DNA of 28,060 nucleotides from the NCBI GenBank assembly GCA_964349145.1, contig CAYGFN010000001.1, positions 8,683 through 36,742 on the forward strand. The letters run 5' to 3'. The notes under the pieces were generated by a model that saw only the letters and a program-made list of their open reading frames with translations, was not told the origin of the DNA and ran no database searches. This document shows positions 7,614 to 15,863 of this stretch, in pieces. Origin of the DNA: an uncultured Candidatus Saccharibacteria bacterium. GTDB taxonomy: Bacteria; Patescibacteriota; Minisyncoccia; Phycocordibacterales; UBA2100. How positions within the stretch are numbered: position 1 is the stretch's first letter; each line of letters begins with the position of its first letter. The position numbers were made by a program, and so were the translations under genes.

Positions 7614-9323
7614 CTACGCGCTCGTCGTCGTGCCGGGACCTTCTGCAGACGTCACAATCGTGACTTCTGGCAATGTCTTTGCACTCCAGATGCGCGCATG
7701 GAGAGACGCATACGTCTCGTTGAATTCACGACTTCCCAGTAAACGATAGGTGAATCCTGCGACCAATATGCCGCATACCCCGGCTGCAAATCCCTGCACA
7801 AAAATCGAAAGTGCGGTCGATGAGACGACAAACGAGCTTGCAAGTCCCAAAAAGATGTACGCGGCGAGGCCTGCGGCGCATGCTGCAAGCACACTGTCGA
7901 GCAGCGCCGACGCTATCTGGCGAAGCAAGCCCCTGAAGTGCCATTCGAAATGCAGGACAAGCACCACCGCACCCACGATAATTGCAATCGCATACGCACA
8001 CGCGAGGATAAGCACGTTGCTTCCCGAAATATCATCCACGCGCAAGAGCCGCTCTACGAAGCCAAGTATTCGCTGGTCAGTCGTTACGAACAACCCTACC
8101 GCTGCTACCCCGAGCGTGGTGAGAGCCACTCCTGCTGAAACCACGAGGGGTACAAGTGTTTTGCCCGCCGCATAGTATCCTCGCATCAGAAGGAGCGTAA
8201 GACCTTGTGCGGCGAGCGCGCTTGCAATCAGTGCAAACGCCGCAGCGGTAAGGCGAGTGTCGTTCCAACTGAATGCACCCGTCCCGAGAATCACGCGGAC
8301 AATGTGCGCACGGAGGACGAGGATGAGTGCGCTCGCCGGAATAGACCAGAAAAATACATAGCGCGCGGCGATAGCGACATGACGGACGAATTCCTCTGTC
8401 TCTCCTCGAGAGAGCGCACGCGCAAGCGTCGGGAATGCCGCGACCGAGTATGATGCCCCAATAACCGCAAGCGGCACTGCGGCAAGATTGAAGGCAAACA
8501 TAAAGACCGCAATCGATCCTGTGGCAAGCAATCCCGCGAATACCGTAAGTCCGAGGAAGGTCAATTGATTCATGGAGAGCGCAAGTGCTCGCGGTACCGA
8601 TATTGCTGCCGTCGTGAGGAGTGCGCGCGGGTCACGCAGCGTTGGCATTCGGCGAAAAAATCCATCGCCAATGAGAGACGGCACCTGAATCGCCGCATGG
8701 AGGGTGGCACCAATCACGACGCCCCATCCGAGACCCGCTATCCCCCACAGCGGATACAAAACAAGGACGCCGAAAATGATGCCCGCATTGTAGAGAAGCG
8801 GCGAGATAGCATAGAGCGCATAGCGCTCTCGTACCTGTGTCACGCCGGCGAGAATGTTTGAGAGGCCGAGAAGAATCGGCTGCAGGAGAAGAATACGAGT
8901 GATGAGAGTGAGATGTTCGCCTTGTCCCGCCGCGATGAGGACAGGAAAGAGCCTCTCAAGAATATGCGGAGCAAGAAGCGCAGCGCCCGCAGACACACAA
9001 ACGGCAAACGCGGAGAATCCTACGACAATCGTGTCAATGTAATCTTTTTGCTCGTCTCGATTTCTCCTGGTCAGTTCCGGAATAAGAATGTACACGGACA
9101 CGAGAGCACCCGTGGCCACGAAGATAAGGTCAGGTATGCGAAACCCCGCATAATAGACATCCAAGAGTGTTGATGCCCCAAACGCGTCAGCAAACATTCT
9201 GTCGCGAACGAGTGCGAGGAGCGACGAGAGGAGTGCCGCAACCGCCAAAATGGAGGCGGCAGCGTGCAAACCCCGTACCTCCGACGAAAGATAGCGAAGT
9301 GCGTTTCGAGCAAAGAGCGCCAT
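7614..9323 (-). CDS. murJ: Lipid II flippase MurJ/MviN
   Basis: SSLLALVRDRMFADAFGAS, DVYYAGFRIPDLIF, PLAVIGASYSVAAFPTLA, LMRGYYA; about 14 TM segments. Confidence 0.9.
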   Translation of the reverse strand: MALFARNALRYLSSEVRGLHAAASILAVAALLSSLLALVRDRMFADAFGASTLLDVYYAGFRIPDLIFVATGALVSVYILIPELTRRNRDEQKDYIDTIVVGFSAFAVCVSAGAALLAPHILERLFPVLIAAGQGEHLTLITRILLLQPILLGLSNILAGVTQVRERYALYAISPLLYNAGIIFGVLVLYPLWGIAGLGWGVVIGATLHAAIQVPSLIGDGFFRRMPTLRDPRALLTTAAISVPRALALSMNQLTFLGLTVFAGLLATGSIAVFMFAFNLAAVPLAVIGASYSVAAFPTLARALSRGETEEFVRHVAIAARYVFFWSIPASALILVLRAHIVRVILGTGAFSWNDTRLTAAAFALIASALAAQGLTLLLMRGYYAAGKTLVPLVVSAGVALTTLGVAAVGLFVTTDQRILGFVERLLRVDDISGSNVLILACAYAIAIIVGAVVLVLHFEWHFRGLLRQIASALLDSVLAACAAGLAAYIFLGLASSFVVSSTALSIFVQGFAAGVCGILVAGFTYRLLGSREFNETYASLHARIWSAKTLPEVTIVTSAEGPGTTTSA

Positions 9324-9324
9324 A

Positions 9325-11643
9325 CTAGCGCGTCGGCTTCGCGGGCTCTTCTCGCATCTGTCCGTTGAGTTGCGCTTCGGTAAGCTCGCGCCCTGCGGTT
9401 ATGTCCGCAATAAGTTGCGCAGCCACTTTCTGCGACGGATCAATCTCCTGTAATCGCTTAAAGGATTCGAGTGCGTCCGCTTTATTCCCTGCCCGATAGC
9501 GACTCAGCCCAAGTAAAAACTCCGCGTTTGCAAACTGCGGCTGAATGACAAGCGCTTGCTGCAGTGCAGCCACCGCTTCTGGATAACGCTTCGCTGCGTA
9601 TGAGATGACACCGAGGTTGTACCACGCCTGCGCATCTTCACGAGCATATTGCACAGCGCCCGTCGCTGCTTGGAATGCGTTCTCATAATCGGCTTTTCCC
9701 GCATATATCTGCGAAGCCAGATAGTAGGCCACTGCAAAATTCGCTTTGAGCTCTACCGCACGAGTGAGGAGTGCGAGCGCTCTGTCCGGATTCTTCTGCA
9801 AGATCTCGAGCTGAGCAAGATTCACATACGGTACCGGAAACGTCGGGTTCTCTGCAAGCGCTCGCTCGAAGGCGGCGCGCGCGCTGTCATATGCCCCCTC
9901 CACATTTGATCCCGCAAGCTGCGCGTAGAGAGACGCAAGGACCAGCCAATTTTGATAATTACCGCCATCGATTTCGACTGCCGCAAGGCCGTGCTTAATG
10001 GTCTCCTCAAGGGTGACCTTCAGCTTTGCTTTTGTGGCTTCGTCGTCAGGATTCTTCGACGCATTGAGCTCTTGGAGTGAGAGCAGTCCGAGCTGCACAG
10101 CTGAGGTGTGTGCGCGATCGCTTCCCGCGTGCACGCGAAGTGCAAACTTCATGTGGTTCGACGCAGATTCGATGTTTTTTGACTCGTTGTACACGAATAT
10201 TCCCTTGTTTACGATTGCTTCGGCTGTACCAATCCGCACGAGTGCACCCGAAGCGAATATCAGCGCAATACCTGAGAGAACTGCCGTCGAGAAAAATACG
10301 TGATGTACTGCCCCGCCCTTTGCCATGCTAAACGTACGCATCCGCACAAACGCAGGGACTGACAGCGCGACGAGGAGCCCCGCGAGAAAGAACATCAGTA
10401 TCACGATGGTGGTACCGGGAGATGAAACGGCGTACAGGGCGAAGAGATACAGGGTCGCGACAGAGAGCGGAAGCGCGATGGAGATTGCGGCAGTCTCGGT
10501 AGACGAAAACCAGAGCCTCACGACGAGCGCGGTCATCGCGAGCATAAATGCAATCCACGCAAAAAGCCCGAGTAGCCCGACGGTGATGAATGATGTGGCA
10601 ATCGGCGCGGCACCGACGCTGAAATCGACGTTCCAGAAATCTGTTTGATTCACATCAAGAGATTTATGAAGCCCCCATTCTCGATTGAACGTGTTGGGGC
10701 CGGCACCCACGAGGAGCGCGAGGGGGCGAGCAAGCGATTGCTGGCCAATCGCAAACGTGCCCGCAAACGAAGGTCGCACATCAGTCTGCACGACGCGGAT
10801 TTGGGCCGGTAGTACATTTACAACAAACGAGCCGAATACGAGTATGAAGAGTGTGACCAGTGCGCCCGAGAGGAGTGTGACGTTGCCGTCCCACCACCGC
10901 TCTCGTGCGGCAACCTTGGCTCGATACATGTGCACCGCACTCAATACAAGCAGTGCGCACATGATTGCGAAAAGTACGTCGAAGAAACTCGCAAGCAGGA
11001 GAAAGGCTCCGGCGAGTATTGCGCACGTCCACGCTACATACCGCCACCACGAAGCCGTGACCGCGGTGCCCAGCATCGCAAGACTAAGAAATCCCGCGAG
11101 GCCGGCAAACATCGAGAATTCATGCCAATTTCCAAGCAGGTTGCCTGTCTGACCAGCAAGGAGTCCACCGATTGACAGTGACGGGAATACAAAATGTACG
11201 ATTTCGACGACTAAGAGGACCAATCCTCCGACCAGTAGCGCCCGCATGGCGCTCACGACTTTGCCGGGGTGCATAGAAAACACGCTCGCTGAGAGCGCGA
11301 ACAGTGCAAACCCAACACAGACAAAAGCGAGCGTATCAATCTCGGCACCTGTCCCGACGAGCGACACGCCTTCGAATCCTGTCAGCGCCGAGGAGATGGC
11401 GTATGCAAGGGGCACGAGAATGGCAGCAAAAAGAGAACTTGCCCACGGAATTTTCACTCCCCCTTCAGTAAAGCGCGCGACAAGCCACAGTACGCCGGCC
11501 ACAAGCAGAATCGAGGCGACGATTAAGATCTTGGCTCGTCCGAGAACGATCCACGGAATCGGCATCGCGATGAATGGTATGAGCCCCATGAGTACGACGA
11601 GAATGAGGCGCACAAATCCATCCAAGCGTTCACTCGTATGCAT
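9325..11643 (-). CDS. Multi-TM protein (O-antigen ligase-like) with C-terminal TPR repeats
   Basis: About 12-13 TM segments, LLVGAGPNTF loop, TPR signatures (AWYNLGVISY, AEFLLGLSRY); TATTAT 7 nt before ATG 11643. Confidence 0.75.
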   Translation of the reverse strand: MHTSERLDGFVRLILVVLMGLIPFIAMPIPWIVLGRAKILIVASILLVAGVLWLVARFTEGGVKIPWASSLFAAILVPLAYAISSALTGFEGVSLVGTGAEIDTLAFVCVGFALFALSASVFSMHPGKVVSAMRALLVGGLVLLVVEIVHFVFPSLSIGGLLAGQTGNLLGNWHEFSMFAGLAGFLSLAMLGTAVTASWWRYVAWTCAILAGAFLLLASFFDVLFAIMCALLVLSAVHMYRAKVAARERWWDGNVTLLSGALVTLFILVFGSFVVNVLPAQIRVVQTDVRPSFAGTFAIGQQSLARPLALLVGAGPNTFNREWGLHKSLDVNQTDFWNVDFSVGAAPIATSFITVGLLGLFAWIAFMLAMTALVVRLWFSSTETAAISIALPLSVATLYLFALYAVSSPGTTIVILMFFLAGLLVALSVPAFVRMRTFSMAKGGAVHHVFFSTAVLSGIALIFASGALVRIGTAEAIVNKGIFVYNESKNIESASNHMKFALRVHAGSDRAHTSAVQLGLLSLQELNASKNPDDEATKAKLKVTLEETIKHGLAAVEIDGGNYQNWLVLASLYAQLAGSNVEGAYDSARAAFERALAENPTFPVPYVNLAQLEILQKNPDRALALLTRAVELKANFAVAYYLASQIYAGKADYENAFQAATGAVQYAREDAQAWYNLGVISYAAKRYPEAVAALQQALVIQPQFANAEFLLGLSRYRAGNKADALESFKRLQEIDPSQKVAAQLIADITAGRELTEAQLNGQMREEPAKPTR

Positions 11644-11726
11644 AGTGCCGATAATAGCACGGGCTCTCTCGCAAGAAGCAGGTGTGGATTTTGCGTGTAG
11701 GCCTTTACGAGACAGCCACAAATACG

Positions 11727-11732
11727 TATAAT
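11727..11732 (+). promoter_or_regulatory. -10 box of rnpB
   Basis: Perfect TATAAT 6-7 nt upstream of the predicted P1 helix. Confidence 0.7.
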
Positions 11733-11738
11733 GAAAGC

Positions 11739-12170
11739 CGCGTCAGACAGCCGCCCCGTGAGATAAGGCGTTCGAGATATTCTAGTTAAGTCGGGCATCA
11801 CTCACAGTCCCGCTTAGCATGGAAATCGGAATGTGTTATCTCATGGGGAGGAAAGTCCGGACACGCACCCGCCCTTTCTTAGAAAGAGCGGGTAGCAAGG
11901 TAGCGGGTAACACTCGTCGTGCGAGAGCATAGGGTTGCGAACAGAGACGCCAAGGCCGAGAGGCTGCGGGCTCCGCAAGGAGTAGCTCTGGTGGAAACAT
12001 CAGAGGTGCAACGGCAAAAAACCTACCTGCGTGCAAGACCGTGTTCGTCGGGAACCAATTGGACCTGACGAAAGAGTCGCTCGAGGTGTGTGGCAACACA
12101 CATCCCAGATACATGGCTGTCATAAGTGTCGCCGCAAGGCTCCCTTAACAGAATCCGGCTTATCGATGCG
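11739..12170 (+). ncRNA. rnpB: RNase P RNA with extended P3
   Basis: GAGGAAAGTCC (11848-) and ACAGAATCCGGCTTA P4 halves; P2 GACAGCC/GGCTGTC; P1 CGCGTC/GATGCG; GCAAG and CCCAGATACATG conserved segments. Confidence 0.93.
11754..11848 (+). repeat. Inverted-repeat element, family A copy 3 (71-nt interior), inside rnpB
   Basis: CCCCGTGAGATA (11754-11765) ... TATCTCATGGGG (11837-11848); lacks the outer TATA. Confidence 0.9.
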
Positions 12171-12177
12171 ACGAACG

Positions 12178-12203
12178 AGCGAAGCGTAAAAGCTTCGCTT
12201 TTT
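12178..12203 (+). terminator. Intrinsic terminator of rnpB
   Basis: AGCGAAGC-gtaaaa-GCTTCGCT followed by a T run. Confidence 0.7.
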
Positions 12204-12251
12204 CGTTTCCGAGTGAGGAGCATCGCTTTCGCGAAGCGAAAGTTGCGACGC

Positions 12252-12279
12252 GCAAAAGGACCCGAAAGGGTCCTTTTGC
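12252..12279. terminator. Bidirectional terminator hairpin between rnpB and nrdJ
   Basis: GCAAAAGGACCC-GAAA-GGGTCCTTTTGC, perfect 12-bp stem. Confidence 0.75.
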
Positions 12280-12300
12280 TTTCAGATACCAGAGCGAGTG

Positions 12301-12389
12301 TAATCCCGTATTTCAGAACCTCCCGCAGGCGAAGAGCCGAGGATTAAGGCTTTTCAGTGGGAAAGGCCGGGTTCTGAAATACGGGATTA
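12301..12389 (+). repeat. Structured repeat, family B copy 2
   Basis: Perfect 20-bp stem (12301-12320/12370-12389) around the 49-nt core shared with 4984-5032. Confidence 0.9.
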
Positions 12390-12402
12390 TCGAGCGAATC
12401 AC

Positions 12403-14760
12403 TTACACGATTTCGCAAGTGCCGCCGGCACAGGCCAATTCTTTCTTCTGCTCAGTCTCATCGGTGCGTTCGTAGATGACAAGCTTCGAGTAGTCAATTT
12501 TCGGGAATCGCGCAGCGAGTGCTTCGTACGTCTTCTTGTCGATGACTTCGTACGGCGCGAGGCGGTACACGTGATTCTCGCGCGGGAGGAATGAAAGACC
12601 GCCGATGATGTCCCAATTTGTGTACAGCCATGAGACGACCGCGACCCACTCTTCTTCGCCGACAGAAATAGTTGCCGAGGGGTTATGCTCCGTCCAATTG
12701 AGCTTCACCATCTTCCAGTACTCGAGCTGCTCGATGGCGGTCTGATCATTTTTGTACACCGACCCCTGCGGAGCTTTCACCGGGAATTCCAAGACATATG
12801 TGTTTGCCTCTCCCATGGTCTGTCCGACTTCCGGATAGAGTGGGATGCCCTGATCCTTGACCATCTTGAAGAGCGAGTCGGTCGCCGAAATACGGACGCG
12901 TCGGATGTAGTACTGCGCATGGCGCGGGTGCAGACCCGATGAGCAATCGAAGGTCTGCGAGACGGTGCCCGATGGCTTCACGCAGGTAATCGAGTTCGAC
13001 ATCGGGACGCCAAAGCGCTTGGCGTACGTCGCATTCGTCTTGATTGCCGCATCGCGCATCTTGCGCATGACCTTCGCGTCGCGCACGGTGGCGCAGTCCC
13101 ACTGGCCGGTAATCGAGACGCCGAGGAGACGCTCTTGCTCACAATTCTCGGTCCAGTCTTTAGAAATGTAATTGAATTTCGTGAGCGTGGACTGATACGT
13201 GCCGAGGAGCGTCGCGAGGCGCGTCTTCCGCATGAGCGACTTCTCGGTATCGTCCGCGCGGGCGATGACCTCCGAGAGATTGCAGAACTGCTTCGACTGC
13301 AAAATGATTTCGCCACATGGGTTGGTACCCACCTGACCGATGTAGCCCTTCATCTTGCCGCCGTGCTTTTTCTCGAGGAATTTGAATCGACGAGTCGGCA
13401 TAGTCTTTTCGAGAGCCCCGCGGTTGAAAATGCCGCGCTCTCCAGAGCCGGATTTCATAAGCGCCACCCACTCATCCATGAGCTCGGCGTTCGTCGGCTT
13501 GGTCTCGTAGACGGCTGAGTTGTTGGCCATTGCTCGGTGACCATCGGTGAGATAAAACTGGCCTTTTTTTGCATCTCGCAATTCGAGGTCATCCAGATCC
13601 GAGAGGCTGATCATCGCCGAGCGGCGTACGCCACCGGCGACCACGCACTCTCCGATTTTGCAGATAATGTCGTGCGCATCGATGGTGCGAAGGCGTCTCC
13701 CCTGGCGCTTCAGAATGCGCTCACGTGCAAAGACGAGCAGGCTTCTGAGCGGTTCGGGGCCTGAAGCTTTGCCGCCCATGGTCTGTAATCGCGCACCGGC
13801 GGGGCGAATGAGCGAGTAATCGAAATCGATATCCTTACCTGCGTACCATGTCTTCAGACCAAGTGTGAGCGCATCGCACCATCCCTCCTTGGAGTCAGCG
13901 ATAACGTGTGTCGACAATTTCTGCCCGATTTGTTTCTGAATTTGCGGGAGCTGCTCGATGTTTTGGCTCTCTACCGCAAAGCCGACACCGGTCCCCTGCA
14001 TGGAGAGGTACATGATTTCTGCAAAGTCTTCGAGCTTCACGGGCGCGGTGAATGAGCAGTTGTAGAAGCAGGTGTTGCACTTGCGAGCCGGTGCTCCGGC
14101 GAATTGCATCGCGCGCATCGACGGCATCACCTCTTGTTTCAAAATCGCTTCACGCACTTCCGTGTACTCTTTTTTCGTCAGCTTCTCACCGAGATTCTCT
14201 TTCATAAAGTCAACGTAGCGATCGACTGTCTCAATCCACGTCTCGCGGCGCTGCTCACTCTCTACCCACCTTGCATACGTGCGGAGGTAAATGAATTCGC
14301 CAAGCGGATTGTTCTTGAAATACTTCTTGCTCTCTTCGGAGAGTTTCTTGACGTGCTCGGGCACTTCTCCCTGCTCATCGCGGATTTTGGAGCGCTCCTC
14401 ACGATAGATGATGTAGTTCTTGGCGGTCGACACGTAGTCGGAGAGCATGAGCTGACGCTCCACCTCGTCTTGGCATCCCTCAACCGTCGGGAGAAAATTC
14501 TTGTAGGTCTTGGCGATGCGCATCATCTCGCCGGCAACCTTGTGCGCGACGACGACTGCCTCATCACGCGACCCCTCATTGGATGCAATCATCGCCTTTT
14601 CGATGACGCCTACGATCTTGTCGAATTCAAATGGAACAATCCGACCATCCCGCTTCTGGATATTGGAAAGATACTTCTTATAGATGCGGTTCGAAGATGC
14701 TTCTATCGGGGTTCCTAAAACGCCCGCTTTTTTGTCGCGAGAGGTGGTTGGTTGTGCCAT
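12403..14760 (-). CDS. nrdJ: Class II (adenosylcobalamin-dependent) ribonucleotide reductase with N-terminal ATP-cone
   Basis: ATP-cone IQKRDGRIVPFEFDKI; FIYLRTYAR, MPSMRAM, FYNCSF, GGVRRSAMISL, GTNPCGEI, TCVKPSGTVS; C-terminal CAGGTC; no beta subunit gene nearby. Confidence 0.9.
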   Translation of the reverse strand: MAQPTTSRDKKAGVLGTPIEASSNRIYKKYLSNIQKRDGRIVPFEFDKIVGVIEKAMIASNEGSRDEAVVVAHKVAGEMMRIAKTYKNFLPTVEGCQDEVERQLMLSDYVSTAKNYIIYREERSKIRDEQGEVPEHVKKLSEESKKYFKNNPLGEFIYLRTYARWVESEQRRETWIETVDRYVDFMKENLGEKLTKKEYTEVREAILKQEVMPSMRAMQFAGAPARKCNTCFYNCSFTAPVKLEDFAEIMYLSMQGTGVGFAVESQNIEQLPQIQKQIGQKLSTHVIADSKEGWCDALTLGLKTWYAGKDIDFDYSLIRPAGARLQTMGGKASGPEPLRSLLVFARERILKRQGRRLRTIDAHDIICKIGECVVAGGVRRSAMISLSDLDDLELRDAKKGQFYLTDGHRAMANNSAVYETKPTNAELMDEWVALMKSGSGERGIFNRGALEKTMPTRRFKFLEKKHGGKMKGYIGQVGTNPCGEIILQSKQFCNLSEVIARADDTEKSLMRKTRLATLLGTYQSTLTKFNYISKDWTENCEQERLLGVSITGQWDCATVRDAKVMRKMRDAAIKTNATYAKRFGVPMSNSITCVKPSGTVSQTFDCSSGLHPRHAQYYIRRVRISATDSLFKMVKDQGIPLYPEVGQTMGEANTYVLEFPVKAPQGSVYKNDQTAIEQLEYWKMVKLNWTEHNPSATISVGEEEWVAVVSWLYTNWDIIGGLSFLPRENHVYRLAPYEVIDKKTYEALAARFPKIDYSKLVIYERTDETEQKKELACAGGTCEIV

Positions 14761-14867
14761 GCGCAAGAACTAAAACTATTAATTTGGAGGTTCATTGTAC
14801 TCCTGTAAGCATCTCGGGAATCCGAGTTTTCGAAGTGGATAACTCCTCCTCCCCAATGATGGCTTAG

Positions 14868-15413
14868 CTACAGGGAAACAACGTCGCCGAGGGACACTCG
14901 GTGGGCTCGCACCCACCCCGATGAGAGCTCGAGGACGTACCTGGCAGGCAGCGCCGGCACAAACGCGTCTGCTGGATAGCTTGCTGGCATCGCACTTTCA
15001 ACGATGTGGACGATTTCTCCATTCTGCCCCATCCAAAGAATATCAATCGCAAAATGCATATCTTTCATCCAAAAGCTGTGATGTCCATCTGTATCAAAAA
15101 CGAACAGCATTCCCTCATCGTCGGCAAGGCCGAGCATGCCGCTGAGACCACGCGCGCGAGATTGCGGCGTATCTGCCACCTGCACGCGTATCGTTTCGCT
15201 CTTGAGCGTTACGGTGCGAGATGAATCGGGGCGCTCGTCCAGCGCCGTCGCACTCTCCAATGCGGCGCGCTCGATTGGTGGAGGGATAGTGGGAGTGACA
15301 GCGCTTATCGCCGCGGCGTATATCCCCCCGCCAATGAGAGCGACGACGCCTGCTGCACCGAGGTACGCAAAAATGCGTCGTGTATCCGGATTGCCCATCA
15401 AATGCTCAAACAT
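14868..15413 (-). CDS. DUF192 family protein with N-terminal TM
   Basis: VADTPQSRARGLSG, EGMLFVF, SFWMKDMHFAIDILW, YVLELSSG; TAGACT 8 nt before ATG 15413. Confidence 0.85.
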   Translation of the reverse strand: MFEHLMGNPDTRRIFAYLGAAGVVALIGGGIYAAAISAVTPTIPPPIERAALESATALDERPDSSRTVTLKSETIRVQVADTPQSRARGLSGMLGLADDEGMLFVFDTDGHHSFWMKDMHFAIDILWMGQNGEIVHIVESAMPASYPADAFVPALPARYVLELSSGWVRAHRVSLGDVVSL

Positions 15414-15439
15414 GTGGAGCAAGTCTACACGGCACTGCG

Positions 15440-15844
15440 CTAGATGAAAAGCACGGGAGCCGCGACCAGAAGCGCGGCCAACCAATACCCCGCATTAATT
15501 GCGAAAAGTCCAAACGGTTTTCCCTCCCATAAGACATTGCCTACAAGAACGGGCACGATTACACACAGCCACATAAGCGAGGCGAATACGACCCCGTGAG
15601 CAGGTGTCTCGACTCCGATTGCACGTCCGAGATACCCGAGCGCCACCGCAAGGAGAAGTGCGCCGAGAAGTCCTGCAAAAGACGTAAGAAAAATCCACCT
15701 CCTCCCGCTCTCTGCCATATCAGGTGTGATATTCGTCAGTCGCATCCACACACTGCCGAAGACTCGTGCGTGATACCACACGTGTCCGATGATAAACATG
15801 AGGAGCCCCGCCGCAACGGCAGGCATGAGCGTCACATACTCCAT
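15440..15844 (-). CDS. DUF1761 family membrane protein
   Basis: IGHVWYHARVFGSVWMRL and KPFGLFAINAGYW; TATCAT 7 nt before ATG 15844. Confidence 0.8.
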   Translation of the reverse strand: MEYVTLMPAVAAGLLMFIIGHVWYHARVFGSVWMRLTNITPDMAESGRRWIFLTSFAGLLGALLLAVALGYLGRAIGVETPAHGVVFASLMWLCVIVPVLVGNVLWEGKPFGLFAINAGYWLAALLVAAPVLFI

Positions 15845-15863
15845 GTGCATCATGATAGCAGGC

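Noticed and set aside
11644-11721. Longer start for the TPR membrane protein
   Set aside because: It runs into the rnpB promoter region; ATG 11643 has a well-placed TATTAT box.
12403-14760. Intein or intron in nrdJ
   Set aside because: The frame is continuous, the length is normal and no splice-junction motifs were seen near NPCGE.
14761-14867. NrdR boxes upstream of nrdJ
   Set aside because: No convincing tandem match to the NrdR palindrome by eye.
15591-15600. ACCCCGTGAG partial family A arm inside the DUF1761 gene
   Set aside because: No partner arm, and the reading frame looks normal; probably chance.
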